From: Chara braunii
Taxonomy: Eukaryota > Plantae > Charophyceae
Reading direction: 5' to 3'
Length of the DNA: 64,000 nt
NCBI GenBank assembly: GCA_003427395.1
Contig: BFEA01000038.1
Coordinates: forward strand, 151,242-215,241
The position numbers and the translations under genes were made by a program. Under the pieces are notes generated by a model that had not been told where the DNA came from, made no database searches, and saw only the letters and a list, made by a program, of their open reading frames with translations. Below, in pieces: positions 49,497 through 62,433 of this stretch (position 1 is its first letter; the number at the start of each line of letters is the position of its first letter).

Positions 49497-52270
49497 TGTG
49501 TTGGCTGCAAGGAAGAAGTTGGCTGTGGCTGCTGTTGTGTGCCCGTGATTGGCGATCCCGGCTTTGCAAGCGTCGCCAACGACAGTCCTGCTAGCTTTTG
49601 AACGCTATCGTCAGCAATCGACAATTGCCATTGAACTGCAGGTTTTGGAAGAGCCTGGAGACCGGCAAGCTGCCCGTTCATGGACTCGGGAAGCGGGACT
49701 GCGGCACTCGAAGTCAGATCAGCCTGGGTTGCAGGAGCACAGTTCCTGATGGTTTTGATGTACTCCACAATATCCCGGTGCTTTTCATGCATGTGTGGGA
49801 TCTGTAAGATCTGGTTGCAGTACTGTGGCCACTCACGAAGGCGATCCATGAACTGCTGCAAAGCAATCAAGCCAAACGCTGACATCTTCGAGTCCGGAGA
49901 TTTTCGCAGAGCATCGAGAACGCAACGCAGCGCTATCCCCAAGGTTATCGCAGACACAAGCTGGTTGGAAATGAGTGAGCCAAACAAAACTGCAGTCGTG
50001 TGAAGATAGTTTTCCGGGTAACTGGGGAAGAAGCGGTACTCGTCAAAGAGGCACTGTATCATGCACGCAAAGATCTCCTCCTCCCTCTGGTTGTTCGACT
50101 TGCTGAAGCTCTTTAACATCTCCACAACCTCGGTTATTTTCATCTGACCATTGTACACCTTCTGGAAGTAGGAGTTGGCTTCCTCTTCAATGTCAGTTGC
50201 AAACATTTCTGGTGTAGCCTGCTCAGATCCCACCATGCCCAGTTTCGGATGCATTTTCACTGCCAAGGCATACATTTGCGTTGCTTCATCAGCCAATTCC
50301 GTTGAGACATGCTGACTGCTTGCTCGTAGCAGCTTGAAAAAGATCGCCATCGTTTCGAGAGAGAGGTTGATAATCGGTCCTGTACGCTGAACTGCTTGCC
50401 CGGCCACCGGCTGACCATCTTGGTGAGCATCGCTGACCACCTTGTCCCGCAGGAACCTCAACACCGCCTGATACAGAGAATTGCGATGGGTCGTTATCCC
50501 ATCCTGAAGCCATTTCTCCAGGTTCAAAAACTCCCTCCTTGAAGCGAGAGCCGCCAAATCAATCGCAAAAGAGAAGGGCGTCCTCTCTAGCACCGTTCGC
50601 AGCTCCTTCAAATCTTGGCAAACGTCAAGAATCCGTGCAATCATGCTCGGATCCTTGGAATGCGCCTCCACCATTGAACTTATGACAACTGTTTTGTTGA
50701 GAGGCCACAGGAGATGCATAACCGTGCTCGAATTTGGGTGGTTTGCCAGATAAATTGGCATCAAAGATGAGATGACCTCCGCCTGAAGAAGGTTCCATGG
50801 TGTCTTGACCTGTGCCACTCCGAGGAGCAGTACTTCGGCACAATGTTTCTGTGGATATTCCAGCAGCGGGCGAACGTTGGACAGGTGGCCTGCCTCTGCC
50901 AAGAGGCAGAGCATTTCCAAAAGGTCGAGAGACAGCCATGCATGATTCGGTGTGCCATATGGTGACTTGTGTCCGTGCAAGCCTTCCACTGGCGGTTGTT
51001 TCCGAGGAGAGTCGGCAAATGAGAACAGCTCTAGCCCTGCTGTAACCGCATGCCGCAGGAATGATATCTGACCTTCAGCATTCTGCCATACCCTGCCACA
51101 GACTGCCATGACAGGAAATGGATCTGCGCATAGTCTCGTGTAAATGGTCATCAACAGCACAAATGCTTTCTGATCGGACACCAAGAATCCCTCGTGATCA
51201 AACCCCTCTGCAACTTTCGCCGAGCTGAAGGTTGAAACCGTCTGCTTTATGGCCTCCACGACAGCATCAATATTCCAGCTTGTCAGCGCTGGCGAGGAGT
51301 CCGATGCAGTGCTTCCACCTCCTGCAACACTGCTGCCACTACTGCTGACTTGGGCTGTAAACAAGGCTGTGGTGAATGTGTGATGAACGACCCCTAGTGG
51401 ATCCGCCTCCCCCCCATGGGACCGCACCATCATCCCTATAACGCGAGCAATCTCCTCCTCGTTCAGGGTAGGAAAGAGGGCCAGCACCTCCTTGCAGTGC
51501 TCTGCAGATACCGAGCACCTATACCCAAGCTCCTCCATGACATCGGCTACATGTCCCGATGACTTTAGCTCGGCAGCCATATCTGCAAAACCCGAAACGG
51601 TTGAAGCTGATTCAGCAAAGAAATCCCTCAGGCAGTCCACATCATGTACGTCATCCATCAGCAACGGTTTCTGCACAAGAGGTACCTCCGGCTGAGAGCG
51701 AAGCTCGGCTGTGGCCTCCCGAAACGGCCCAACCAGTCGTGAGAACCGCTCATTGTTCTGAACGAGAAGCAGCAACCTCGTCAAGAGGGACTCGGGTAGG
51801 GGCCCAGCCGCACCGGGGTTCTCACACACCTCGGACAACTTCTCGAGAAGGAACCTCTCCCCTTCAAGGCTCCAGTTACTGCTCTCCGCCTCAGTGAGTG
51901 CGAGTCCTAGTGCCAACTGCTGGTGAAGTGGAAGCTTGACTGTCTTGGTCAGATCTGAGAGGAAGTCTTCCGCAACAACTTTGGGGATCAATGCCACAGC
52001 CTGACAAATCAGAGAGGCAAAGTTCGGCTGCGCCACAAGTTTCTCAAAGACTGACAGCAGCAAGTGTATCTTAGGTTGCTGATTCTGTGTCTTCCCATCA
52101 GGATCCAGCTTCTGCTCCAAGCAGACGCGAAGGAGAATAAGACTTCCATCGGGGCCATACAAGTCTGCGAGTTGGTTCGACTCCACAAGAACTGCTTTCA
52201 AGTTCTTCTTGCTCAGGTTGGCAATCAAATTGCCAATATGGCTAGCAAGCGAAGGCGCAAACGACACCAT
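44582..52270 (-). CDS. NOT1: CCR4-NOT transcription complex subunit 1 (scaffold), single-exon CDS
   Basis: 2562-aa uninterrupted ORF with conserved NOT1 motifs: DLAALASRREFLNLEKWL, EEEANSYFQKVY, LFDEYRFF, RASIEPNFH, SSEERSLLKNLGSWLG, VERSVTIA, GFSFAWLELVSHR, LLHDFPEFL, NQLRYPNNHTHYFS and LIVNRPHPWGLLITFIEL. Both termini are present. Confidence 0.97.
49451..49498 (-). repeat. (CAG)n polyglutamine tract in NOT1
   Basis: About 16 Gln codons in the linker before the CAF1-binding MIF4G domain. Confidence 0.9.
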
Positions 52271-52659
52271 CGTGCCGCCTGCCCCAGCTCCTTTTCCTCT
52301 TCCTTCTTCTCAGCGACCATGTAACAGAAGATCCAACAAAGCATTCAACGGGCCCAACCACACCAAGAACAAAAGATGACATACCACGAAATTACAGAAA
52401 CACCTGCTAGCGGCTTACCTTGACACCAGCCTGCTCCCCCAGCAAAGGAAGACATCCACCTATGAGGCTCTGCTCAACCTACACACCACACTCCGGCGGC
52501 CTCCGCAGATAGGGACACGCTTCTTGCTCCAGATAGAGAAAAAAAAAAGATACAGCTACGAGAAAAAAGGAATACACAGAACTTACAAAGATGATGCAAT
52601 GCCCTGATTATGCAAAATGCAATACAATGTGCTCTGCCAGAGGGGGAATCCAACCCTTC

Positions 52660-53090
52660 AGCCACTGAGGTGCTCCCCGCGACTCGAAGGGAGGAGAGGT
52701 GGTTAGTCCCCCTGCAACCAGTTCCGCACACGTCACTCCGTCATTCCTAAGCTCTTCTTCTACCAAACAGTTTCACCCCATGCTCACAACCCTGACCTAT
52801 GGACATTCCCTGGAAGCAATCCCCCCCTTACACACCCTGCCTCACTGCATCACTATGGCAATTGCCCACACCCTACAGCCACTGAGGAGGTGCTTCCCAC
52901 ATCAGGAAAGGAGAGGTGGTTCCCCCCCTACAACCAGTTCAGCACATGTCACTGCGTCATTTCTAAGCTCTTCTCCTACCCCGCCATTTCACCCGATGCT
53001 CACAACCCTAACCCATGGACATTACCTGGAAGCAATCCCTTCCTTACAGACCCTCCCTCACTGCCTCAGTATGGCAATTGCCCACTTCAT
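52660..53090. repeat. ~215-bp tandem duplication upstream of NOT1 (a second ~165-bp duplication at 53680-54010)
   Basis: GGAGAGGTGGTT..CAACCAGTTC..CTAAGCTCTTCT..TATGGCAATTGCCCAC occurs twice. Confidence 0.8.
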
Positions 53091-54669
53091 CCATACTCCC
53101 ATGGATGGGCTCTCCCCAGAGCAATGCATACATAACAACAAGCCTGACCAAGGGGCCCTGACAGGACGAGACAGCTCGCAAACTGTTGTGCAGCTACATC
53201 CTACCACTGTCACCACATTCGCCCGCCGCCCAAAACAAGCCCTTATACAGTCACGCCTCGCTCAAACCTGTAGGAAAGTCTCCAGCTGGAAGAGTACAAA
53301 CAAAAACCGTGCCTAAGCGAAACAATAGCTAAGTTCTGTTCTATCTCTATGCTCCTAGCATATCCTGACAACCACGTAGAGTCGGCAGCAAGTGCCTACT
53401 AAGGACTGATTTACCGCTTTCAAATGCAAATATACTTTTCATTGTTTTCTTCACACGCTATGACAGGATTCTCTCTACTCTTCCCCCAAATGGCCACACC
53501 AGCCTTCCTGGCCCAAGGAAGACGAGATAGAACGTAAATTCCCCAGCCTTCTGATTCTGTTTCTTGTAAATGCTTCCCATGCGTCCAGAGAACCAATTCC
53601 GTCAACTCCCAAGCTGCTGCTCTTCAGCATCTGCCGCCCACATTTTGCTGTATCAGGTCAGTGTCCGTGCCCACTAATCCAGCCGCAGGTCAGGTTGGGG
53701 CTCAGGACGCCTGCAATGTTGAAAACAAATCCAAGTTAGTTGTCCTGGGAAAAGACAAACCCACAAGCTGTTTGTCGTAGAAGAATTCGTCAATCGCCCC
53801 TACATTTTGCAATATTTCCATGTTGCCCCTGTAAGTTCTAACATTTGCAGGTCAGGTTCTGGCTCAAGAACCCTTCAATGTTGGAAACAAATCCAAGTTC
53901 GTTCTCCTGGCAAAAGACGAACCAGCATGGGGTTCAGTTTTTGGTCCTGTTTGTTGTGAGAGAATTTGTCAATTGCCTCTACATTTTACGATAATTTCCA
54001 AAGTTGCCCCTCTAATTTCTTATATTTGCAGCGTGCCCTTTTCATACCTTCAGCTCTGCCCCAGGCCTTTGTAAGATAGGCATGCAATTTCTGGCATGCC
54101 CCCTGGGCCTCCAGTGATTGCACCCTGGTGCCTTCTGGGCAGCTGCAGCATCCCCTAACGACACCCACAACTTTGCGGCCGGCCCTTGTCAGATGGGCAT
54201 GCGATTCCTGCCATGCCCCTGGGCCTCCAGTGCTCACACCTGGGTCGATTACGGACCCAAGGACCAAGAGCATCTGACGAAGTTGAACTCGCAACAATTG
54301 GAAGGCACGGGAAGAATCTCGGGTCCAAAGAACATGCTCGATGATCTCTAAACTCGGCCAGGGCGCCGCACTCATATCAGAAATTGCAGGGGCAGCACAC
54401 AAATTCCCACAAATTAGAAGGGCGATAGCCACAGTGCATAAAATTAGTTTCCTAACTTTCCTTCCTTGTGCTTTTCGTCTTCACCAGGAAATCAGTTTCT
54501 GTTTTGTGCTTTTCGTTTCAGCAGTTTAAGGTGTGCTTTTTGTTTTCACAGTTCCTTTGAACGTTGCTTTTTGTTTCCAGAGTTCCCTCGAGCATTCCCT
54601 TGCGTTGCTTCTTCGCCTCCATTTCCTTCCATCCTCATCAGCATTATTATCCCATCCCTCTATGGAATG

Positions 54670-55255
54670 CTTCTTCCTCGTCTTCTTCTTCTTCTTGCCA
54701 TAGCTTCTTCTTCTTCTCCTTCTGCCACAGCTTCTTCTTCTCCTGACATTGCTTCTTCTTCTCATTGGCATTATTATCACCTCCCTCTATGGAATGCTTC
54801 TTCCTCTTCTTCTTCTTCTTCTTGCCATAGCTTCTTTTTCTTCTCCTCCTGCCACAACTTCTTCTTCTTCTTCTTCTTTGACTTCTACCATTGCATCTTC
54901 TTCTTCTTCCTCCTCTTCTTCTTCTTCTTCTTTTTCTTCCTCTTCTTCTTCTTCCTCTTCTTCGTCCTCTTCTTCCTCTTCTCCCTCTTCTTTTTCCTTT
55001 TTTTCGTTCTCTTCTTCGTCCTTTTCTTCATCCTCTGTCATAGCTGCTGCTTCGTCCTTGTCTTCTTCCTCCTCCTCCTCTTCCTCTGCCATAGCTGCTG
55101 ATTCTTCTGCCATAGCTTCTTCTTCTTCTTCTTCTTCTTCTTCTTCTTCTTCTTCTTCTTCTTCTGCCATAGCTTCTTCTTCTTCTTCTTCTTCTTCTTC
55201 TTCTTCTTCTTCTTCTTCTTCTTCTTCTGCCATAGCTTCTTCTTCTCCTTCTTGC
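54670..55255. repeat. (TTC)n microsatellite with a higher-order CTGCCATAGC spacer
   Basis: Direct reading. Confidence 0.92.
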
Positions 55256-56733
55256 CTCGATTTATGCATCATTGCACAGGGGCCATTTGCTAATTATCCT
55301 TCTATGTATCGTTCCAATTCTCAGGGATATCCCACAGGACACATCCATGACTTTCATCTGACGGCAATAAGCAGCTACACCGGGGAGAATGAGTCAGAGT
55401 AGGAATGACTTAGTAGCAGGGACATGCCTGCAACTTTTCAGTCCATGCACACATGAACTAGACGCAAAATCATGACCAAAGTCATTACTCAGACTCAAAA
55501 CTCGGAATTGACGACACCAGATACGCCACTTCGTCACTTTCGTAAATCCCAACAGTGTGACCACCTGTTGCAGAAAATGCATTAACACCTCGCGGTCACA
55601 TGGCAACGCCGAAACCATCCCCAACGCCACGTTTCGGCCGTTGCCAACGGCCTTCTCAAGGAGAATTTAGTGGACTCCGGTTTGAGGTATAGTCATGGGC
55701 TTACCACCCTACTTATAGTCCTGTACTTGTCCTGGCACTGGACCATTGTCCCTTGGGGCCGGAAAAGTCTTAGAACTACCGGATCGATTCCCTGGGATTC
55801 TCTACCTTCTAGTCTGCTACAACTCGCGCTGCCAGGGCCCTCCATTATGGCACTACCTTCAAGCAACATCCTGTCACGGTCTTCTCGAATAGGGCTGCAG
55901 GGTAACCAAGTAACCTTAATTCGCATTTCAGCGAGAGTGAAGCAGAAGAAAACAAACAACAACAAAATAAATAAATAAAAAACAGAAAAGGCTTGCTGCG
56001 GCCGTGCATGTTCCCCCAACACAACAAAACGGTAGACGCTCCATCCCAAAAAGTTAGGGGCCTCGGGACAGGGCCTGCCCGGGGGCGGGCGTAATTTTTT
56101 GGGGGGGGAGTTCTTGGGCTGTGCACTTGAGATTCGTTCTGAGTACCCCTTCGTGGGTTGTTTTCAGCAGATTCGTAATGAGGAGGATTTGATACAGCGA
56201 CGGCAGTTATCAATTCGTGCGGGACAGGACATCGGGTCCTGGTCCACCCGAAGTCAGAAAGCGGGAGTTATTTATAGGTGGATGAATCGAATCGACCGAA
56301 ATACCTCGAGGCAGGAAAAAATCCCTGGCCAAGTCCTTTTGCTCCATATGATCTATAGCCGCAAGAGGTTTTCGGACATTTTTTTTGGACAGGTACTGGA
56401 GACCTTTGCAAGAAAGAGGGGGCCCATTTGGAAATTGACAGCTAGCTTTGTCCGCCGTTTTGCCGGTTCGGTGTAGCTCTCCGGGTACCCGGTGGGCCAA
56501 AATTTTTGCCTTTTCGTTTAGTTCTAGGCGCCTTCGTTTTCTTTCCTTGTCCTTCGGTTTTGTGTGCTCGATTCGGGGTTTGACTATATATCGCCCCTTC
56601 GTGTTGTAGTCATCCTCTTTCAGCGGTACTCTACTGATAGCTGCCGCATGCAGCGGAACTCTTTCCAACTGTTCACGACAGTTTCTGGGGAAGTGGTGAC
56701 ACAGAGTAGTCTTGGTGGAGGGTAGGGGTGTTA

Positions 56734-56781
56734 TCCCCTGAGGAGGCCACGACTGACACATGGCCGAGAACTGTGTCGGGA
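56734..56781 (+). ncRNA. type I hammerhead ribozyme motif (degenerate copy)
   Basis: TCCC-CTGAGGA-GGCCA(CGACTGACACA)TGGCC-GAGAAC-TGT-GTC-GGGA. Confidence 0.6.
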
Positions 56782-57239
56782 GCTATGTCAGATGGGTGAC
56801 GAGCTATTTTCACAATCTTTATCATCCTTCCAAAAAAAAAAAAAGGACACGTGGCCAAAACACATGTTGGAAGTATGTCAGATGGGTGACGAGCTATTTT
56901 CACAATCTTTTATCATCCTAATAAGCTCAACTGAGCATCGCTGATCATTCTCGTCATCTGGTGACCACGTGTCTCGTGTGCTTCCAGTACGCCTGATGCA
57001 TGCTTGTGATGCATGCCTGTGTATTTGCCCTTTGTGCAAGCCCTTAATAACCGACAGAGGATTGCTGCTTCAACCGGTGGTTAAGAATCACCTGGGAAGG
57101 TGATGCCTAAGGACTCTTGAATTTTGACTAAGCTCGAGTAGATTCAAAGACGTACAGAAGACCGAGGGAAGCCGAGCAGTTTGAGACCGGGACAGGTTTG
57201 GAGATTTTTTGTGACCTCTACGTCGTCCCCTGTCGGACA

Positions 57240-60200
57240 ATGGCATCGTCCAGTCAGCACCCCGGACCGGAAAAAGGCAGGGAGGATGTTTCCCTAATCG
57301 GAGGGGACTGCCACAATGGTACTCGTGTAAGAGTGCGACTGCGGCTCGTACTGCAAGCAGTGTCACGAGGACAATGAGAAACGCCTTCGGGAAGGAGCTT
57401 CAACATCCGGAGGCAGCTTCCCAGACCGCCACCTCGCACGATCGTTCTCACCTCGGCGTAATCAGTGGGAACCCCCTCGGTGCTCTGCATCTGCGGACCC
57501 GCAGTACACTCCACGACGAGAGGAGCAGAAGGACGCAGCGGGTGAACTGATGGCTATGCTACTGGCGAAGGAGGAAGCGAAGAAGTTAGCGTAAAGAGAG
57601 AGCGGAGCGGAAGAAAGCACGACATGAAGAACTGGAAAAAACTGAAAGGAGAAAGTGAAAGGAGGAGAAGAGAGCCAGAGAACAACAGGTGCACGACCTG
57701 CGTGTCGCTTGGATTATCGATATGCAACTTGCGAGAGGAACGTGACTTTGAAAATCAACGAAGGAGGAACAAGCAAAAGGAAGAGTATATGAGGAAACTG
57801 GGCTTGGGCACAAACCGTAGGAGACGTGGACATTCTGACCCGCAAGTTCAGAGGAGGAGATCGAAGACCTACAACAAAAAACTGAAGAGATTAATCTTTC
57901 TTCCGTTTTGTCCATTGACGAAAGCGACAGTTCTTTAGCTGCTACCCCGATCGCATGGACCTCCCTCCAGACCACTACCAGCCGGAAACGCGGCCGCCCC
58001 AAAATTTCAACTCTTCGGGTCATGCCACGCATTCTAGACAACCAGGTAGTGCCAGGAACTGGACCCGACGCACGGGAGAAGTTTGTGCGCGATATGAATA
58101 CGCAGCTGAACTTATTGGACTACAAGGAGGTTAAGGCGATCTGCAAGCGCGAACAGGAACGACAAGCTTCTAAGGCCCTTGCAAAGACTGTATTGCCTTC
58201 CCCTGCCACTCCTCTCCGGGGGGACTCGGCCAATAGTTCGAATGCTGAGTCAACTTCAATGGAGGACTTCGAGGCGAGCAGCAAGGGAGAGGAATGAAGG
58301 CAGCAATCGGTTAAGGACTTGTGGGAACTCTGTCGGGAGACTATTCAATTGCGGAAGAAAGAACGAGGAGTAAATGTGGAACCGGAAGCGAAACTCCGAT
58401 GGCTGATTTTTGCATTATCATTTAGGGGATGCTTACCATGGGGGCGAAGTTTGTCGGAGATTGGATTCAGTGGACCGATGGCGGAGTACGTGGGAATATC
58501 CCCTTGGTGTAAAGCTGCTTACATCGGGAAGACGGAACGGGATCTGAACACCCATTGGAGCAAGCATCGCAATAAGTGTGTAAGAGAGGGAAATGCTTCG
58601 CATTTCAATCTTTGGCTTCGGACCTGTGGACGGGACAACTACATACTCCTTCCTATTGTTCAGACCTCCACCGATGAGCAGGTCGCTATGGAAAGCTTTC
58701 TATTAAAAACTGGTCGCCTGTGCTTAACACTACAGGTAAGTGAACAACCAACTCTAGAAGACGTCCCAAAGGGTAAGCATGAGAGAGGGAAGACCGGTAG
58801 TAATCCCCAAGGTCAGTTCAGGAGTAGGGCTGAGAAGGATGTGCGGGTCCATTATCTTTTGTGCTGATAGTGGACCCCATACCATTAAGTTGTGTCACCT
58901 GCTCTCTTCTCAACAGACCCACGCTTGTCGCGAGTTCAACCTGAAATCTAGTGGAGGTGGTGGCTGGTTTGATGGGTGGAAGCGTATTACGCAATCATTT
59001 GGGGATTCCACTGTCCAAGTAAATGGGAAAGAACGGAAGCTAAGGGATTATAAAGACTGACCTGGAGGCTGGAGGGAATTTCAAGATTACGTACCTAAGA
59101 AAATGGCGTAGGATTAACCCCGAAGGAAAGAGATTTCTGATTTCTCTGTTGAAGAGTATGAACAAGAGGACAACGATGTTCCGTTGTGATTTGGATTTTC
59201 TTGTGGGTCTTTTCTCTGTTGCCAAGGATCTTAGTAGGAAGAGTACTCGTTCTTAGCTCCATAGATTACTGAGATCGGCTGTGAAGAAGGGTTATGGCTT
59301 TGACTTGCACAAGAAGAAGTGTACGCGTGCGATTTGATGATCGGATTAGTCTAGGAGGTGCTCGTCGTCTGATCGGTGCAAGGATAGATGACTCTCAGCT
59401 GCCAGCTAGTGTCCGCGAGATCTTGAAGCGTAGAGTCAGGACAGTCTGGGAAAAAAAAACATCTGCCGCTGACATACTGCACAATCACCAACAATTTGCC
59501 CGTCAAGATGTGTCCGCTTGATCTTGTGCCCGCTTTCCGCTTCCACGGTCCAAAGGTCACACCCGCTGTCACATCTGGGAAGATCCTCGGGTACCCCCGA
59601 CCGTCTACAATGCCTGTAATATCCCTCGAGCATCCAAACCACGCCATGTTGATCTACTCAGACATGAAATCATGGAGAGCCTCGACACCTGGTCTTTTCA
59701 TGCTCAGGTGAGGACAGATTGCAGCTTCGAGGAAGCTGCCAGCTGCTTCAACCCCTCTCGACGTCATGTTGATGAGCTCCACGTGGATGATGTTATGCGC
59801 GTGAAGAAGTATCGAGGACTTGTATTGACCCCAGTCAACCGTAACCCGAGGGAAACGGTAGTACTCTGCCCCCATTTGTATCATGCGGCCATGTGTGATT
59901 TGTTCATCCGCAGTCGTGGGTATGCAGTCCAGGATTGTTCTCAGGAGGACATTTGGGGATACCGAAACATAAGGATCTGGATCACTCTCGCCCCTCTCGC
60001 CCCATCTGCCCGACTGCCAGTGAGCCCTATGCCCTAGGAAGTCGGAAAGTCGTCAATGGGCTGAATCAACTTCTCAGCCTCCTACTCCTCACTTTCATTT
60101 CAATCTTATTTATGTCGACGATTTGGCGGGCCGACTTGAGTCTATCAATCAAGCTGCTAGAAAGAAAGGACCCGGTGTGCTGATCAAAGGAGCATCCTAT

Positions 60201-61295
60201 GATAATAAACCACCAGTACTTGGCCCAGCTATCGAAGCCGAGCCTCCCAGCCTCCTGCGCGCCAAGTCCTGCCGAGCCGCCGTTGGTCTTTTTTGTTTGC
60301 TTTTTGGCTGTGGCCTCCAGCCAACGTGGTCCGGTAGGCCAAAGCCCGAATGTCGCGGCGTGTTAACGGGGAAGCGCCGCGGCCGATAGCTGGGCCAAGT
60401 ACTGGTGGTTTACGGATATGTTAGTACTATTACCGGACAAGGCAATCCTCAAAGCCATCGCCTGGCTGCTGGAGTGGCATGCAGAGAAGGGGAGGTAGGA
60501 AGTGTAGGTGAATCGGAGAGGGAGAGGCGCATCTGTGAGACTTGGGGCACGGGAGAACGGATGGACTCGGGTGTCTTTCAACGACCCATGGAATTTCATA
60601 TGCTTTAGTCTGTCCTTCACCTACACCCGGGCCTATGACATTGTGCTCAAACAAGAACAGGGTATCCAAATGGATAACAGTATGAGCCCACCTCTGGCTT
60701 GCATCATGTGTGCTTTCTCAGAATGATGTTTTCGAGTAGTTTGGGACGACGGGGGAGTTTGGTTTTTGGAACTCGTTTGATGGATGCCGTATCTTTGTTC
60801 TGTTTGGCCAAGAAGAATGATCGTGCCTCACTTTGCATGGCCTCCAATGTCCGTAAGGATTTTGAGGCCTGCTACCCCCGGACCCACGATGGATCCGGGG
60901 TTTGGGAGTTCTTGGGCTGCGTACTTGAGATTCGTTCCGAGTACCCCTTCATGGGTTGTTTTCAGCGGTTTTGTAATGAGGAGGATTTGATACAGGGACG
61001 GCAGTTATGAATTCTGTCCCAGCAGTTATCAATTCGTGCGGGACAGGACTTCGGGTCCTGGTCCACCAGAAGTCAGAAAGCGGCAGCTATTTTTGGGTGG
61101 CTGAATCGAATCGACCAAAATACCTCGAGGCAGGAAAAAATCCCTGGCCAAGTCCTTTTGCTCCGTATGATCTATGGCGGCAAGGGGTTTTCAGACATCC
61201 TTTTTGGACAGGTACTGGAGACCTTTGCAAGAAAAAGGGGTCCCATTTGGAAATTGACAGCTAGCCTTATCCGGCGTTTTGCCGGTTCGGTGTAG
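57240..61295 (+). pseudogene. GIY-YIG endonuclease-RT ORF of PLE2 (frameshifts, stops, MITE insertion)
   Basis: ORF fragments 57908-58297, 58319-58867, 59672-60037, 60508-60726 and 60699-61010 carry the EN and RT motifs in order. Confidence 0.8.
60208..60410. mobile_element. MITE with 27-bp perfect TIRs and TA duplication, inserted in PLE2 RT
   Basis: TA|AACCACCAGTACTTGGCCCAGCTATCG ... CGATAGCTGGGCCAAGTACTGGTGGTT|TA. Confidence 0.9.
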
Positions 61296-61409
61296 CTCTC
61301 TGGACTACCCGGCGAGCCAAATGCTTTGCCTTTTCATTTAGTTCTAGGCGGCTTTGCTTTCTTTCCTTGTCCTTTGGTTGTGTGCTCTATTCGGGGTTTG
61401 ACTATATAT

Positions 61410-62355
61410 TGCAATGAACCTCTTAGTTCAACACCAGTGAGCGCACACAATCACACCACATGCATGTATGAGATCACACGAAGATCACAAGAATTTTCAC
61501 ACTGGAGACCAGACCAAATTATCATATGAGCAATGAAGAGTTTCAATCACCAGCACTCAACAGCGCAACCCAAGTATCCCGTATCTTCACTCAGGTATGT
61601 CTCTCTTCCTAAACTCTTCTGTCTTCTCTCTTTCTTGATCTTCTCTCTGCCTACCACCTCACAGTGTCTTCTCTCCCTACTTACATGCACTCACACATCT
61701 ACTACTCAAGTACCTACTCTGAGTACACCCACTGATATGCCTACTACTGTCTTCACCCGAATACGTGCGGTCATTATTGCCACATCTAGACTCAAAGTTG
61801 CCTCAAATACAGCTATATTGACCGTACGTTGTATTCGGGTGAAGACGGTAACTATCTGAAGTCTACTACTACCACTCTGCACTGGCGCAGCTATGGCTGC
61901 CTTCTCCCTGCCAGCACTGTCTTCCTCTCTCTCACTCTCTCTCTAGCGCGGCACTCTGGCCTCAGCGCTCTGCCCCTCGCATCAATCAGCGCACAAGTGC
62001 ACCAGCACTTCCACACTTCTTGCAAATGAGCAATCTGCCCGAATGGTAGGCTGGCCAGTCCTTTTGTAGTCTTGGAATGCACTTCAACTCCTGCCAGTCT
62101 CTGCTTTCTGGGCCCTGGCTGGTTCCGGTACCACATCCCCACGTCCTGTCTGCTTCTGAATGTCAAGGCCTGGAACCTTCCCTAATTTCCATTGGTCTGC
62201 TGCCGCTTGGGCTTTTGAGTCATGACTTTTCACTTGTGAACATGACTTTCGACTGTGGACTGTGACTTTTCTGAATTTGACCAACTCGGCCTCTCTTGAC
62301 CAGGCCTCTGACCCTGAGACCCGAATTTGGGGTCTGAATCGTGGAAGGCCTTTCA
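61410..62355. mobile_element. solo LTR (946 bp) with 4-bp TSD ATAT
   Basis: TG...CA termini with ATAT on both sides. The empty site is visible in the upstream pseudo-LTR (56581-56600). Confidence 0.85.
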
Positions 62356-62433
62356 ATATGGCCCCTTCGCGTTGAAGTCATCCTCTTTCAGCGGTACTAG
62401 ACTGACAGCTGCCCCATGCAGCCGAACTCTTTC

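Noticed and set aside
44436-52324. Many short plus-strand and alternative-frame ORFs over NOT1
   Set aside because: Shadow ORFs of a GC-rich coding region.
54466-55402. Poly-Glu, poly-Ser and poly-Phe ORFs
   Set aside because: Translations of a (TTC)n repeat with no domain or splice evidence.
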